Shown here one piece after another: positions 11,464 through 23,792 of a DNA stretch of 46,733 nucleotides; position 1 is the first letter of the stretch, and the number at the start of each line of letters is the position of its first letter. The position numbers and the translations under genes were made by a program. The notes below the pieces were generated by a model, which searched no databases, was not told where the DNA came from, and worked only from the letters and a program-made list of their open reading frames with translations. This stretch comes from Octopus bimaculoides (taxonomy: Eukaryota), in contig NC_068982.1 of NCBI RefSeq assembly GCF_001194135.2, positions 87,986,452-88,033,184 of the forward strand, read 5' to 3'.

Positions 11464-11817
11464 GGCGTAGGAGTGGCTGTGTGGTAAGTAGCTTGCTTAC
11501 CAACCACATGGTCCCGGGTTCAGTCCCACTGCGTGGCATCTTGGGCAAGTGCCTTCTACTATAGCCTCGGGCCGACCAATGCCTTGTGAGTGGACTTGGT
11601 AGACGGAAACTGAAAGAAGCCCGTCGTATATGTGTATATATATGTGTATGTGTGTGTTTGTATGTCTGTGTTTGTCCCCCCAACATCGCTTGACAACCGA
11701 TGCTGGTGTGTTTATGTCCCCGTAACTTAGTGGTTCGGCAAAAGAGACCGATAGAATAAGTACTAGGCTTCCAAAGAATAAGTCCTGGGGTCGATTTCTT
11801 CGACTAAAGGCGGTGCT
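11464..11817 (+). mobile_element. tRNA-head SINE family A, near full length (3' end runs into gap)
   Basis: Pol III A-box-like TGGCTGTGTGG(11474-11484) and B-box-like GGTTCAGTCCC(11517-11527), body GGGCAAGTG..CTACTATAGCC, internal TA/GT tract, tail ..AAGGCGGTGCT. Homologous copies occur elsewhere in the window. Confidence 0.9.
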
Positions 11818-12480
11818 NNNNNNNNNNNNNNNNNNNNNNNNNNNNNNNNNNNNNNNNNNNNNNNNNNNNNNNNNNNNNNNNNNNNNNNNNNNNNNNNNNN
11901 NNNNNNNNNNNNNNNNNNNNNNNNNNNNNNNNNNNNNNNNNNNNNNNNNNNNNNNNNNNNNNNNNNNNNNNNNNNNNNNNNNNNNNNNNNNNNNNNNNNN
12001 NNNNNNNNNNNNNNNNNNNNNNNNNNNNNNNNNNNNNNNNNNNNNNNNNNNNNNNNNNNNNNNNNNNNNNNNNNNNNNNNNNNNNNNNNNNNNNNNNNNN
12101 NNNNNNNNNNNNNNNNNNNNNNNNNNNNNNNNNNNNNNNNNNNNNNNNNNNNNNNNNNNNNNNNNNNNNNNNNNNNNNNNNNNNNNNNNNNNNNNNNNNN
12201 NNNNNNNNNNNNNNNNNNNNNNNNNNNNNNNNNNNNNNNNNNNNNNNNNNNNNNNNNNNNNNNNNNNNNNNNNNNNNNNNNNNNNNNNNNNNNNNNNNNN
12301 NNNNNNNNNNNNNNNNNNNNNNNNNNNNNNNNNNNNNNNNNNNNNNNNNNNNNNNNNNNNNNNNNNNNNNNNNNNNNNNNNNNNNNNNNNNNNNNNNNNN
12401 NNNNNNNNNNNNNNNNNNNNNNNNNNNNNNNNNNNNNNNNNNNNNNNNNNNNNNNNNNNNNNNNNNNNNNNNNNNNNNNN

Positions 12481-12538
<58 letters not shown>

Positions 12539-12837
12539 TTGGGGTTTGAAACTGCATCTAAATTTTCAAAACGCGTGGTTGTTTTTAAATAGATTTATTT
12601 ACATAAATACGAACATGCTTCAGCAATATTTTTGTTTATCAATGGTACTTCATAATTTTAAACTCTGTTAAAATCTTGTTTTATATATATTTGTACCAAA
12701 GATAAAAGAAAAATTGTTGAAACTAGTTTGGTATGTATGTGAATAAATTTATACGTTTTTCAAATTCAGGCACATTTTCAAAGCCCAAAACAAATTCTTC
12801 TCAATACATATATATGAAGTTATATATGTATATATAT

Positions 12838-13154
12838 GGGGTAAAAATCCACTTCGGTCATGAATGACTATGGGATTGCACCTTAAAAGTTCCCCTTAGA
12901 GGCACAAGACTGGTGAGTTTGTTTATGGAATACCAGCAGTCGGCCATGCATACCAGCCTCTTTTCTCCACACCACAGATGTTATCCAAGGAAAAGGCAAA
13001 GACTAGACGCAACTCATTTCTACAGCTGAGTGAAGTGGAGCAACGTGAAATACAGTGTCTTGCTCAAGACATAGCACAATGCACAACTCAATTCAACAAT
13101 CGAACTCACTACCTGATAACTCAGCCAAACGCTCTAACCACTGAACTATGCACT
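12838..13154 (-). mobile_element. tRNA-head SINE family B
   Basis: Minus strand starts AGTGCATAGTTCAGTGGTTAGAGCG (A box), then GAGTTCGATT (B box), then TCTTGAGCAAGACACT...CAGCTGTAGAAATG, resembling conserved SINE central domains (CORE/V/Meta type). Confidence 0.8.
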
Positions 13155-13162
13155 TTCACTCA

Positions 13163-13234
<72 letters not shown>

Positions 13235-13245
13235 AATCTATCTAT
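13163..13245. repeat. (TATC)n microsatellite
   Basis: Directly visible. Confidence 0.95.
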
Positions 13246-13619
13246 CTTTCCCTCAATGTATGAATGTATGTATGTATGTATGTTTATNNNNNNNNNNNNN
13301 NNNNNNNNNNNNNNNNNNNNNNNNNNNNNNNNNNNNNNNNNNNNNNNNNNNNNNNNNNNNNNNNNNNNNNNNNNNNNNNNNNNNNNNNNNNNNNNNNNNN
13401 NNNNNNNNNNNNNNNNNNNNNNNNNNNNNNNNNNNNNNNNNNNNNNNNNNNNNNNNNNNNNNNNNNNNNNNNNNNNNNNNNNNNNNNNNNNNNNNNNNNN
13501 NNNNNNNNNNNNNNNNNNNNNNNNNNNNNNNNNNNNNNNNNNNNNNNNNNNNNNNNNNNNNNNNNNNNNNNNNNNNNNNNNNNNNNNNNNNNNNNNNNNN
13601 NNNNNNNNNNNNNNNNAAA

Positions 13620-13890
13620 GCATATCGTAAATTTTCGATAGTTAAACAAATACCTTTTTGGCGTCGGTGGACTTTTTCTTAACTTTGGCGTCGGTGGACT
13701 TTTTCTTAATTATTATTCAAGATAGACAGCCATTTTTTTATTTGTAAAAGATTCCTAAATAGACTATTACACTCGTGAGATGAGTGTAATAATTGATGAA
13801 CGGATTTTGGAATCGCTACTACAACTTATAGAGAAAAGTACCAGTAAAAATTTAACAGAGTAGCGCAGCGAATTGAGGAGCAAATATGTG
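13620..13890 (+). mobile_element. Possible non-autonomous Helitron-like 3' region with 10-bp hairpin and a 26-bp tandem duplication
   Basis: Hairpin TATTACACTC(13765-13774)/GAGTGTAATA(13782-13791). Perfect direct repeat 13657-13682 = 13684-13709. No clean CTRR terminus; family call is recollection-based inference. Confidence 0.3.
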
Positions 13891-14365
13891 AAAAATTAAA
13901 GATTAAATATTTGTAAAAAAAAAAAAAAAAATCCTTTCATAAGATAAACGATCAGCTAATTCCTTACCCTTTTACTTCTCCAAGAAATAGTGATAAATAT
14001 CCCAATTGTTTACCGCTCAACTTTTATACCCGTTTCATGACTAATAATTTATTTACTAAACCTTTAGTAAATAAAATATTGAGTTTGGATAAGAGGGAAG
14101 TCCCTAAAAATATTTATGAGTTGGTTTATTATATCAAAACAAGCGAACATCATAGCAGTTATTCTTGCACTTTCTTTCATTCCTGAGTATTTTTGTTTCA
14201 CTCATTTACGCAATCGATCTCTAAACTGATTCCATCACATACATAAATACATACACACATGTATATTGTTGTTGCTGTATAACATCAGATCAACTTGAAT
14301 ATCGCAGATTTTTGATCAAAAGTTTTCCATCCATGACTATCCATGTTTTATTTTTGTATGAATTA

Positions 14366-14499
14366 CTAGATTTAAAACGGTTTGCGTTAGTGTGAATTTA
14401 AGGAAAACTTGGAATATATGGAGGCCAATTTTTTCAAATGGTGTGATCACTAGAATGACCCTCATTCACTCGTGCATACATGTAGGAATGACTTCAGTA

Positions 14500-14557
<58 letters not shown>

Positions 14558-14961
14558 TTTATTTCAAATTATTTCAAGTCTTCCTGTGAAGAAAAAGATG
14601 GCTTCTAATCGAGATACAAAGGCTCCATTACTTGAATTTAGATAACAAGAGCAGTGTCACAGTTTGAAATTGAGAAAAGGCACTCATATTTAAACTGTTC
14701 TGTTTGTAGATGCTTTTTGTAATGTGTTGATAGCTGGTTGATTTCTTTTATTTTTTTGAAAACCCTAGCTTTTCCAGATTGCTAGTTTGGCGTTTGGCAA
14801 AATCAAGTGCACCAATTACTATTGATATTAATGTAAATTTACAATCTTGATATAGTAGCTGACAGTTTCCAAAGTATGTGATCACACTATTTGAAAAATT
14901 GGCCTCCATATATCCCAAGATTTCTCTAAATTCAAACTAACGCAAACCGTTTTAAATCTAG
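14366..14961. mobile_element. MITE / non-autonomous DNA transposon with ~85-bp TIRs
   Basis: 14366-14450 (CTAGATTTAAAACGGTTTGCGTTAG...GTGTGATCAC) is the reverse complement of 14878-14961 with few mismatches. Flanks are TA (left) and CA (right). Confidence 0.88.
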
Positions 14962-15279
14962 CACTTCATGCAAAATAAAAGATGGATTGTCATGGATGGA
15001 AAACTTTTGATCAAAAATCTCTGTGTGTGTGTATGTGTGTGTGTGTATGTGCGTGTGTTAATTCGGTGTAGCAGAATAAGTCTTTTTGCGAATATATTTT
15101 CTAACTGCATATTTAACCCTATATACAGAAAGATGAAAATGACTAGACTAGGTAGCAATTGGTATTAATTTTACAAAACCTATCTGGGGCAATTGCCATC
15201 GTATAAACCTCATCCAATGGCTGTTGTCGAAACAAAGTTTTAATGTTAATCGTGCAAATATATTTTGTAGAAATATATA

Positions 15280-15997
15280 CCAGGTAAAGTAAAAAATTAT
15301 CCGCACTTTCACCATAGCATATCTTTATCATTGTCACACTGCTCTCTGCGCATGCATGCTTATAGTTGGTACTATTATGGTTACGTGATCGAAGTCTGAG
15401 CCTGATCGCGCCATTTTTCTTTCTGGTTTGACAGTGTAAGCGTACCGCTCCACAAGCATTGTGCACCAAAGAAAAACAAAGAGCAGTGATCCGATTCCTC
15501 TGGGAAAAGGGGTATACGATCAACAATGCAGGATGTAGAACTTTGCTGGCCACCAAACTGAAGCCAGCAATTCGCACAAACGCCGGAGCCTATTGTCGAA
15601 GAAAGTTTTGTTGTTGCATAACAATGCACGCCCACACACACGGTCGCCTAGACCGTCGAAACCGTTAACCGACTGGGTTTTGAGATGCTGAAACACCCTG
15701 CCTACAGCCCAGATCTCGCCTCTTCTGACTATCATATTTATTTTCGACCGCTCAAAGATGGTTTACGAGGTCGTCGACTTCCTAAGGATGAAGATGTGAA
15801 GGAAGCGGTCATAAATGGTAGCACGACCAACCAAAAACCTTCTTCTTGAAGGGAATCCGCAAGCTTGTGGACTGCTGGACCTAGCGCATAGAAAAGGAAG
15901 GAGACTATATAGAAAAATGGCGTACTTGTTTATCCTCTGCTTTTGTGTAAATATATTGAAAAAACAAGAGTGCGTTTAATTTTTTGATTCTCGCTCG
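15280..15997 (+). mobile_element. Internally deleted mariner (DD34D-type) transposon
   Basis: Imperfect ~28-bp TIRs at 15280-15307 and 15969-15997, with TA on both flanks. N-terminal CTKEKQRAVIRFLWEKG is fused to the C-terminal ...LLHNNARPH...EMLKHPAYSPDLASSDYH...RGRR...GIRKLVDCW...EKEGDYIEK (YSPDL motif). Confidence 0.92.
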
Positions 15998-16694
15998 TAT
16001 TTACATGAAATATATTTGTCAATATCAACATATTTTTAAAGCAATAAGATTTATTGCTTGATGATAATCAATTATAGGTTTATTTGTTAGCGGAAGATTA
16101 AATAAATATGAGCCCTGAATTGTAAGAAGAAACTGAAATTCTCCTTTATATTTTTACAATAATCTCTTAATGTTTCGATTAAATTATATTGGACTACAAA
16201 CACACAAACACACACATACACACAGATACACACGCACATACACACATACTCACATACAAGTAAATGTATGCATCTGTATAATGAATACAGATTCATCCAC
16301 AAAATATTTATTTATATATATATNNNNNNNNNNNNNNNNNNNNNNNNNNNNNNNNNNNNNNNNNNNNNNNNNNNNNNNNNNNNNNNNNNNNNNNNNNNNN
16401 NNNNNNNNNNNNNNNNNNNNNNNNNNNNNNNNNNNNNNNNNNNNNNNNNNNNNNNNNNNNNNNNNNNNNNNNNNNNNNNNNNNNNNNNNNNNNNNNNNNN
16501 NNNNNNNNNNNNNNNNNNNNNNNNNNNNNNNNNNNNNNNNNNNNNNNNNNNNNNNNNNNNNNNNNNNNNNNNNNNNNNNNNNNNNNNNNNNNNNNNNNNN
16601 NNNNNNNNNNNNNNNNNNNNNNNNNNNNNNNNNNNNNNNNNNNNNNNNNNNNNNNNNNNATTTTGTATATATATATATATATATATATATATAA

Positions 16695-16785
16695 GACGGG
16701 CTTCTTTCAGTTATCATCTACAAAATCCACTCACAGGGCTTTGGTCGGTCCGATGCTATAGTAGAATATACTTACCCATGGTCAC
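16695..16785 (-). mobile_element. SINE family A internal fragment
   Basis: GACGGGCTTCTTTCAGTT...AAATCCACTCACAGGGCTTTGGTCGG is the reverse complement of the 11550-11625 region. Confidence 0.8.
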
Positions 16786-17149
16786 ATACACACATGTCCG
16801 CGATCACACACACACGCACACACGAACGGTGTATCTTTACTATTGCACGATTGTTTGTTTGAATTTTATAAATAAATAATCCTTCAGTTTTGCTGATGAA
16901 TATCTCAGTAATTCAATAATGTCAAACATGGACTCTGTTAAGTTTTAGTGTAAATGGTTGAGTATTCCAGAGGCATATGTACTTTGAAGTCAAACTTTAA
17001 TCCGAATGACCGTGATACAGTATGACAACAAAGATGTTAGTTTGATTGATATATACAATCCATAGAACGAAATTCTTACATGCCGTTTCCGCCAACCGAA
17101 TTTCAATCGCAGAGCATTGCCCTGTGATCATGATAGATTTATTCTACAT

Positions 17150-17265
17150 ATATACATACATACACACATACATACATACATACATACATACATACATACA
17201 TACATACATACATACATACATACATACATACATACATACATACGTACATACATACATACATACAT
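17150..17265. repeat. (TACA)n microsatellite
   Basis: Directly visible. Confidence 0.95.
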
Positions 17266-17389
17266 GCATATATAAATACATAATTACAAATAAAATTTAA
17301 GTATTGAAGTGAGTCTAACGGCTTTTGTATGTTCTGAAATGGCTTACAATCATTTACCACGCTGCAATTGTTTTTGTTTCAGCACATGA

Positions 17390-18690
17390 TCTCAGATGCA
17401 AGTACATCTCGTAACTTAATTTTCATTTGTGTCAGAATTTTCGCTGACCGACCGGTATCACAGACGAACTTTATCCAGGACAGACACCAATTGACAGATC
17501 ACATTTAACTGACAGAGTATTTGATATGAAATTTAGGGATCTCTTGCATGACATTTTGGAGAACAATGATTTGGGAGATTTTGCAGGGTACATGTGGATT
17601 ATAGAGTTTCAAAAGCGTGGAATACCCCATTGTCATTTGTTGTTCATAAAAAAAGAGATCCAGAACATTATGATAAATTTGTTTATGCAGAACCTCCAAA
17701 TCCACAAACACAACCAATTCTATTTCAACATGATTCCAAAAGCTTGTTATATGGTCCATGTGAAAGAGATAAACCCATTGCAACATATATGGTTCATAGG
17801 GAATGTAAAAAAAAACATTTCTCTAAAGACGTTCAGGAAAATACATTACACAGTTATAATGGCTATCCACTTTACCGACGTCGAAATAATGGTTTTACAT
17901 TTACAAAGTCTGATGTTGAATTATATTATCGGTCAGTAGTACTATATTTCCCCTTCTTTTTAGTCAAATATGGAGGTAATTGTAATGTAGAGATATGTGC
18001 ATCAGTAAAAGCAATTAAATATATTATCAGATTTATTCATAAAGGTCATGATCGGGTGACAGTCAATGTTAGTGGACAAACCAATGCAGACAAACACACA
18101 AAGATGAAATCGAAAATGATATCAATGACCGCTATATATTCTCATGAGAGGCAGTCTGGAGGATTTTAGGGTGCAAATTACATGGTTCATATTCTGCAGT
18201 CCAACAGCTTACAGTTCATTTACCCCAACAGCAATACATTTCCTTTAATGACGATGGTGATATATTGAACATGACAGGTTCACTCTCATTGAATGGATGT
18301 GAGTTAACTGGGAACCACTAGCTAACTAATTTGCACGTATATTATACTATACTGATCTCCCTGAATTTTACACATGGAATAATAGTAAAAAAATGTGGCA
18401 CTTCAGAAAACATACTACACACTCAATTGGGCGTATCTAGTCTGTCTCACCAAAGGAACAAGAGTGATTCTTTCTGAGAGCTTTACTATATTATATTCCC
18501 AGAGCTACATCATTTGAAGATATGAGGACTATTGATGGTTTAGTTTGCCATAGTTACAAAGAGGCTGCAATGAAACTGGGTTTAGCCCATGATGACCGTG
18601 AATACTATCGGACTAATGGAGTTTGCAAATATTTCAGCTACTCCATATCAGGTGCGAATACTTTTCTGCTCAATTCTTAATTACTACATT
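17390..18690 (+). mobile_element. Helitron Rep (HUH endonuclease) coding fragment, pseudogenised; helicase domain absent
   Basis: IIEFQKRGIPHCHLLF (Rep motif 2, GAG at 17604); YGPC..GYPLYRRR; NVEICASVKAIKYIIRFIHKGHD (motif 3); then EAVWRILG..LTVHLPQQQ and FFLRALL..RATSFEDMRTIDG..SYKEAA. Frameshifts and stops throughout. Confidence 0.93.
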
Positions 18691-18788
18691 CTATATGTAT
18701 ACTTATGTATACATATTACACAAATATATGATACAATGTAAAATACGCTATCATAAAGATAGCGTGCGTGTTCGCACTAGTATACCTA

Positions 18789-18854
<66 letters not shown>

Positions 18855-19989
18855 CCTCTCTCTCTCTCTCTCTCTCNNNNNNNNNNNNNNNNNNNNNNNN
18901 NNNNNNNNNNNNNNNNNNNNNNNNNNNNNNNNNNNNNNNNNNNNNNNNNNNNNNNNNNNNNNNNNNNNNNNNNNNNNNNNNNNNNNTATATATTTATATA
19001 TATATATATATATATATAAGAGTGTATAAAATATTTTTATTCAGAGAAAGGAGACTTTTTACAGGACTCCTTACATCCTCACATGCGAGAAAGTGCATTT
19101 TCCCTAGAGCAGTCTGCACATATATATGTATACATTCTCTTTGATCGTTTTGTTTCTCATTCAGAAATGTATGCATATCATGTAAGGCTTTTGTTTCACA
19201 AACGAATGAAAGCGTATGCCAAGCCATTACACCCAGTATAATTTCATTATTTATAGATACAAAACTAATCACATTCTCTCCGATTATAAAGTTGGGCGCT
19301 TCCTGTGTTTCTTCAGGCATAAAAGTAATTTATAATTTCACCAAAAGGAGTGATGTCAGAAATTGGAAACTGTGGAAAATGATTGAACGAAGTGCCAGTT
19401 ACAAACAAACATACCCGTGCGCTCAGCACTCACACCCACATATGCATGCTCTCAAATACACACATGCACATACACATGCACACACAATTGTCAATATATA
19501 ATGTATACGTGTTTATATAAAAAATGATTGCAAACATTGAAAACAAGACACCCATAAAATAGCGTTCAGAATAAACTTTATAGTTGGTGTTTATTCTATT
19601 TTATCAATGTTGTATTATTTGTTACTGTGTTGAGTTTCAGTTCTTTCACAAATTTTTCTTCTATATATTTTTTTAAAGTCCATGTATCCTTTCATATATT
19701 CTGTTCCATACATTTTGCGTTAAAGTTTCTGTTTTCAGCTTCAATATTGTAACAAGAACATACATTGAAGAGATGTGTTGATATCAGCGTGTGAAATTTT
19801 TGCATAAAATTCTTGTATGTCACATCGAATTACCACTTTATTGGTATTGAAATAATTCTGCTAATTAGAATTCTAATATCTCTGAGTACAATTTTCTAGC
19901 TGAAACCCCTGTAACTTTCGTGAAGTTTGGTAGTTTGATGAAAAACATTATGGTAGTTAAATGCCAAAACTTGTTGATGTTTAGTCCCG

Positions 19990-20520
19990 ATCAGTCTAGA
20001 AGTGCAAGCGCTGGCATAGTAATCCACCAGCTTTAGCATTCAATCCTTAGAAGAGGAAAGGTTGGTAAAAAAGCCAATCTGTAAACTTCAATTCGGATTT
20101 CGTGACCACCTCCCCTCACTTATGGTCATGAATGTTGAGTAATGCCCAAAACAGTACGATGGCGAATACAAGCGGTCGAAATGGGGTTACTTCGAAGGAT
20201 CTCTGAAGCAACGTTACTCGATAGGTTGCATATCTAAGGGATGCCGGAATATCTCCAGGTCGAAACGTACACTACTTCTGCGCATTGAGAGGCCACGACT
20301 CTGATATTACAGACATGTGATTAGAATGCAGCACGGAAGATCGCAAGTCAGCTCCTTCAAGTAGAACAAACTGGTATGAAACCTAGGGGTGGACCAAGAG
20401 TGAGGTGGGTGGATAATATCCATAGTCTCACTTAGCCACACTTGGGAATCCAGCAGGAAAGTGTAACGACTGCTGCATCTGATAGAATCCTATGGGAGGA
20501 CTTTACCACAACGGTTCTTC
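19990..20520 (+). mobile_element. RTE-clade LINE, RT C-terminal fragment
   Basis: PLTYGHEC*VMPKTVRWRIQAVEMGLLRRISEATLLDR...RL*YYRHVIRM...GMKPRGGPRVRWVDNI, matching the RTE-type C-terminal G.R.RGRP..RW.D pattern. Confidence 0.85.
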
Positions 20521-20601
20521 CAGGAATAGTGACCACCAAAAATTGGTGGGTAGAGAAGATCAGCTCTTATTGAGTAAACCTATGATCAAAAGCGTCCCAT
20601 C

Positions 20602-20756
20602 TGTGATCATATTGATTTTTGTCTCTTCATTATGAATTATGTCTTCCCTATGTGATCATATTGATTTTTGTCTCNNNNNNNNNNCATTATGAATTATGTC
20701 TTCCCTATGTGATCATATTGATTTTTGTCTCTTCATTATGAATTATGTCTTCCCTA
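20602..20756. repeat. 49-bp minisatellite, at least 3 units, interrupted by a small gap
   Basis: Unit TGTGATCATATTGATTTTTGTCTCTTCATTATGAATTATGTCTTCCCTA starts at 20602, 20651 and 20708. Confidence 0.95.
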
Positions 20757-21649
20757 TTTCTAATACATTGATTTCCTAGCCCCATTTGTTGTTTTGTCTC
20801 AGGGTGTCACTGCAATATCTTAATTAATTTTGATATGAGCGCCTATATCAGATGTGAAACACAGATGACATAGTGTTTCTCACACACTACCCACTGGAAA
20901 ATCATTTCGAGCCTTCCATTTTGCTAAATATACTCTTTCTTTACTGAGTCTTTAATTTACCTAACTAGAAATTAAAATTCATTATGATTTAAATATGAAA
21001 ATACAAAAAAAAAAAAAAAAATGGGGCAAAATTTATATAATTTAGAATGATGTTCTAGAGTATCATAATCCCATTCATTAACAGTTGTAGCATGCTAGCG
21101 AAAAATCGAGGATCAAAGAAAAGGAATAATGCAATAACCCACAAGAAGATCGTGTAAGTTTTGCAAACATACCACCTGGCGCTTTGTTGGGTTGTGTGGG
21201 AGCCAACATACTAAGTATCAATCTGAGAAATGTTTGGCTTTCGATTAACTATAGTTTATTCATCTATTTTCCATTTAAGATGAACACTTCCTATTTGTTC
21301 AATTAATAATTCTATAACTTTCCTCTACTCGCATAGAGATTTCGCACGTTGTCTCAAACTTCAACGTTTGATATGATCTCCATATTTGTTACATAGACAT
21401 GGTAATACCACTTAATAAAGGTCATACATTTTGAGAGTGGAAACTCAGAATACTTGTTGGCTATTGTTTACGGACCAGAAGCATGAAATACAAAGTTGAC
21501 CTTGGTGACCATTGAACTCATATTTGATCAATAACTAACCGAGGAATTGAAATCGCCAACGTTTTGAATAATATCAAAAATAACCAACTTCGTATATATT
21601 TACATATCAATAAACACTCGTAAAATAATAGTTTATAATTTACCACTGA

Positions 21650-21850
21650 CACTCATAGCCAGTGCTTTTTCGGGGAGGGAGTAAGTCGATACCCAGTAGT
21701 TGATTGGTACTTTGTTTTATCGACCAAAAAAGAATATAGGGCAAAGAGAGCCACAACGGAATTTCAAATCAAAACGTTAAAAACGGAACAAGAATACGGC
21801 AATGCAATTTTTCCAACGTTGTGACGATCCTGTGAGCTCAATGCCCTCAA
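21650..21850 (-). mobile_element. tRNA-head SINE family C, diverged
   Basis: GTCGATACCCAGTAGTTGATTGGTACTTTGTTTTATCGACC...GGCAAAG...GGAATTTCAAATC is the reverse complement of the motif seen on + at 37560-37630. Confidence 0.6.
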
Positions 21851-23258
21851 ATACATATAAAATAATAATACTGACAATTGAAATTAAGTTACAAAATTGG
21901 AATTATTTATGGAAACACATAAATCTTTTTTTTCTCTAAAATGTAAAACTGACTAAGTCTAGTTGAGTTGAATTACCACCAGCAAATGTCGAATGAGCAG
22001 AGGATGTAGAGATATATGAGCAAAATTTTGAAATAAGCAAATGATATCAATCAGTTTTTTGTTTAAAATCCTCAGTAAATGTAAACAATATTGTTCGTGA
22101 TATAGCTCATGAAATTTTGAGATCGTGGTGTTTTCACAGGAGATAAGAGTTGTTGAATGAAGTGGTCCATAATTGATTAACATTTGGCGTTTACTCTCAA
22201 TATACTTTGATCACATTATCAAATTATCATTGGATATGTGTGTGTATATATAATATACATATATGCATACATACAAACAGCATACATACACACATACACA
22301 CACATGCGAAGACTGACAAAAAATCATTAACAAAGTAATGAAGTGGAGTTGCTTGAAATGATAAGGTTGAAAGACGTGGCAACATCATTATCTTAAAAGT
22401 CAGTAAAATAGCTACATCAGAAAAAGAAGGAAACTTTGAGTGATAAATCATTATTTCAAAATTAAAAGCTCACCTAATTATACGGAAAAATCTTACATTA
22501 ATATTAGAGATATATACAATAATTGGGAAACAAATTTCTAAACTAACATAATTTCTATTTATTTTCCGATAAAGGTTGACAAATTATAGATAATTTCCTG
22601 TCATATGACCAGAATTATTTTTCCTAAGTATTTAGAAATCAGAGTAATATTAACCATGTTAAATGTCGACCAAATATTGTTTCTTGCTCTTGTTATTATT
22701 ATTTGACTATATCGATGCTTTGACTGCATGTGCTAAAACTGGTTTCACACGCTTCTATAGCATTTATGCACATATGTTTATATATATATATATATAATTA
22801 TAAATATATAGGGATCAGCATGAGTTGCTTCACCAACATACTGAAAATTTAGAAATAGCAGTCAAAGAACTACTAATTCTAACTACAATTTTTTCTCTAA
22901 CGGATGGCAATATTTACGGCACACAGAACAAAACAGAAGAGAAACTTGCCTTTAGTTAATCAAAGGTTTTTTTGCATACTGAACTACTTGGAAAAATTGT
23001 TAATTATTAATTTTATTAACTAATTGGCAATTCCCTGCCCTATATCTATATTTATATTGATGGTCTTCTCTTGGATGATTAAACTGCAGTCTTTTCTGCG
23101 GGACTATTTGTGGCGCACATGGGATAATTCTTGAGGAGGGATGCAGAACTCACTAGTCAATAAATTTGTGGATGCTTTTTCTTATGTGATTTTGATGTCG
23201 CATGGTCAAATACGCATGAGTATATTAGCATTTTCAGATATATTTTTTGTATATCATG

Positions 23259-23294
23259 CTGATGAGTGGAAAAGAATTTTATATTCTTAATCAC
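23259..23294 (+). ncRNA. Partial hammerhead-like motif truncated by an assembly gap
   Basis: CTGATGA(23259-23265), then GTG...CAC(23292-23294) enclosing AAGAAT/ATTCTT; the gap starts exactly where GAAA would be. Confidence 0.35.
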
Positions 23295-23792
23295 NNNNNN
23301 NNNNNNNNNNNNNNNNNNNNNNNNNNNNNNNNNNNNNNNNNNNNNNNNNNNNNNNNNNNNNNNNNNNNNNNNNNNNNNNNNNNNNNNNNNNNNNTATATA
23401 TACTTTTATCAATCTAAAATTAATGTTCATAACGAATGGTAAAAATAGTACAAAATAGCAAAGTAACTTGTACTATTTTTACCATTCGTTATGTAGGTAA
23501 ATTTTTGTTTCAGTTAAATATCCTCGTCTAGCGTTGTCTTATTGTTTGCCTTTCCTCACTACTTTAACCCATACCTACTAACTCAAAGGGTAACCACCCA
23601 GAATAATTTTTGAATAAGACAATCACACAACCACAACTTGAACCACTGTTCTAACTTGAATTTTGGTGGCACACCTATTTCAGGACTCAGAACGCATACC
23701 TATTAGTGTGAATCATCCAGACGAAAAATTTCCATATCCTATATGTATGTATATATATATATATAGAAGGTTTGGAGGTGATGTCCAGGAAT

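Noticed and set aside
11464-11540. tRNA gene calls for SINE heads (also 13080-13154, 40440-40506, 43421-43490)
   Set aside because: A/B boxes are present, but there is no cloverleaf and the sequences continue into SINE bodies.
14048-14075. 13-bp AT-only palindrome TTTATTTACTAAA-CC-TTTAGTAAATAAA
   Set aside because: Real but short and AT-rich; plausible by chance at this composition.
21091-21153. 63-nt AG...gtaagt segment (MLAKNRGSKKRNNAITHKKI)
   Set aside because: Strong donor but weak acceptor and a low-complexity AT-rich peptide; expected by chance.
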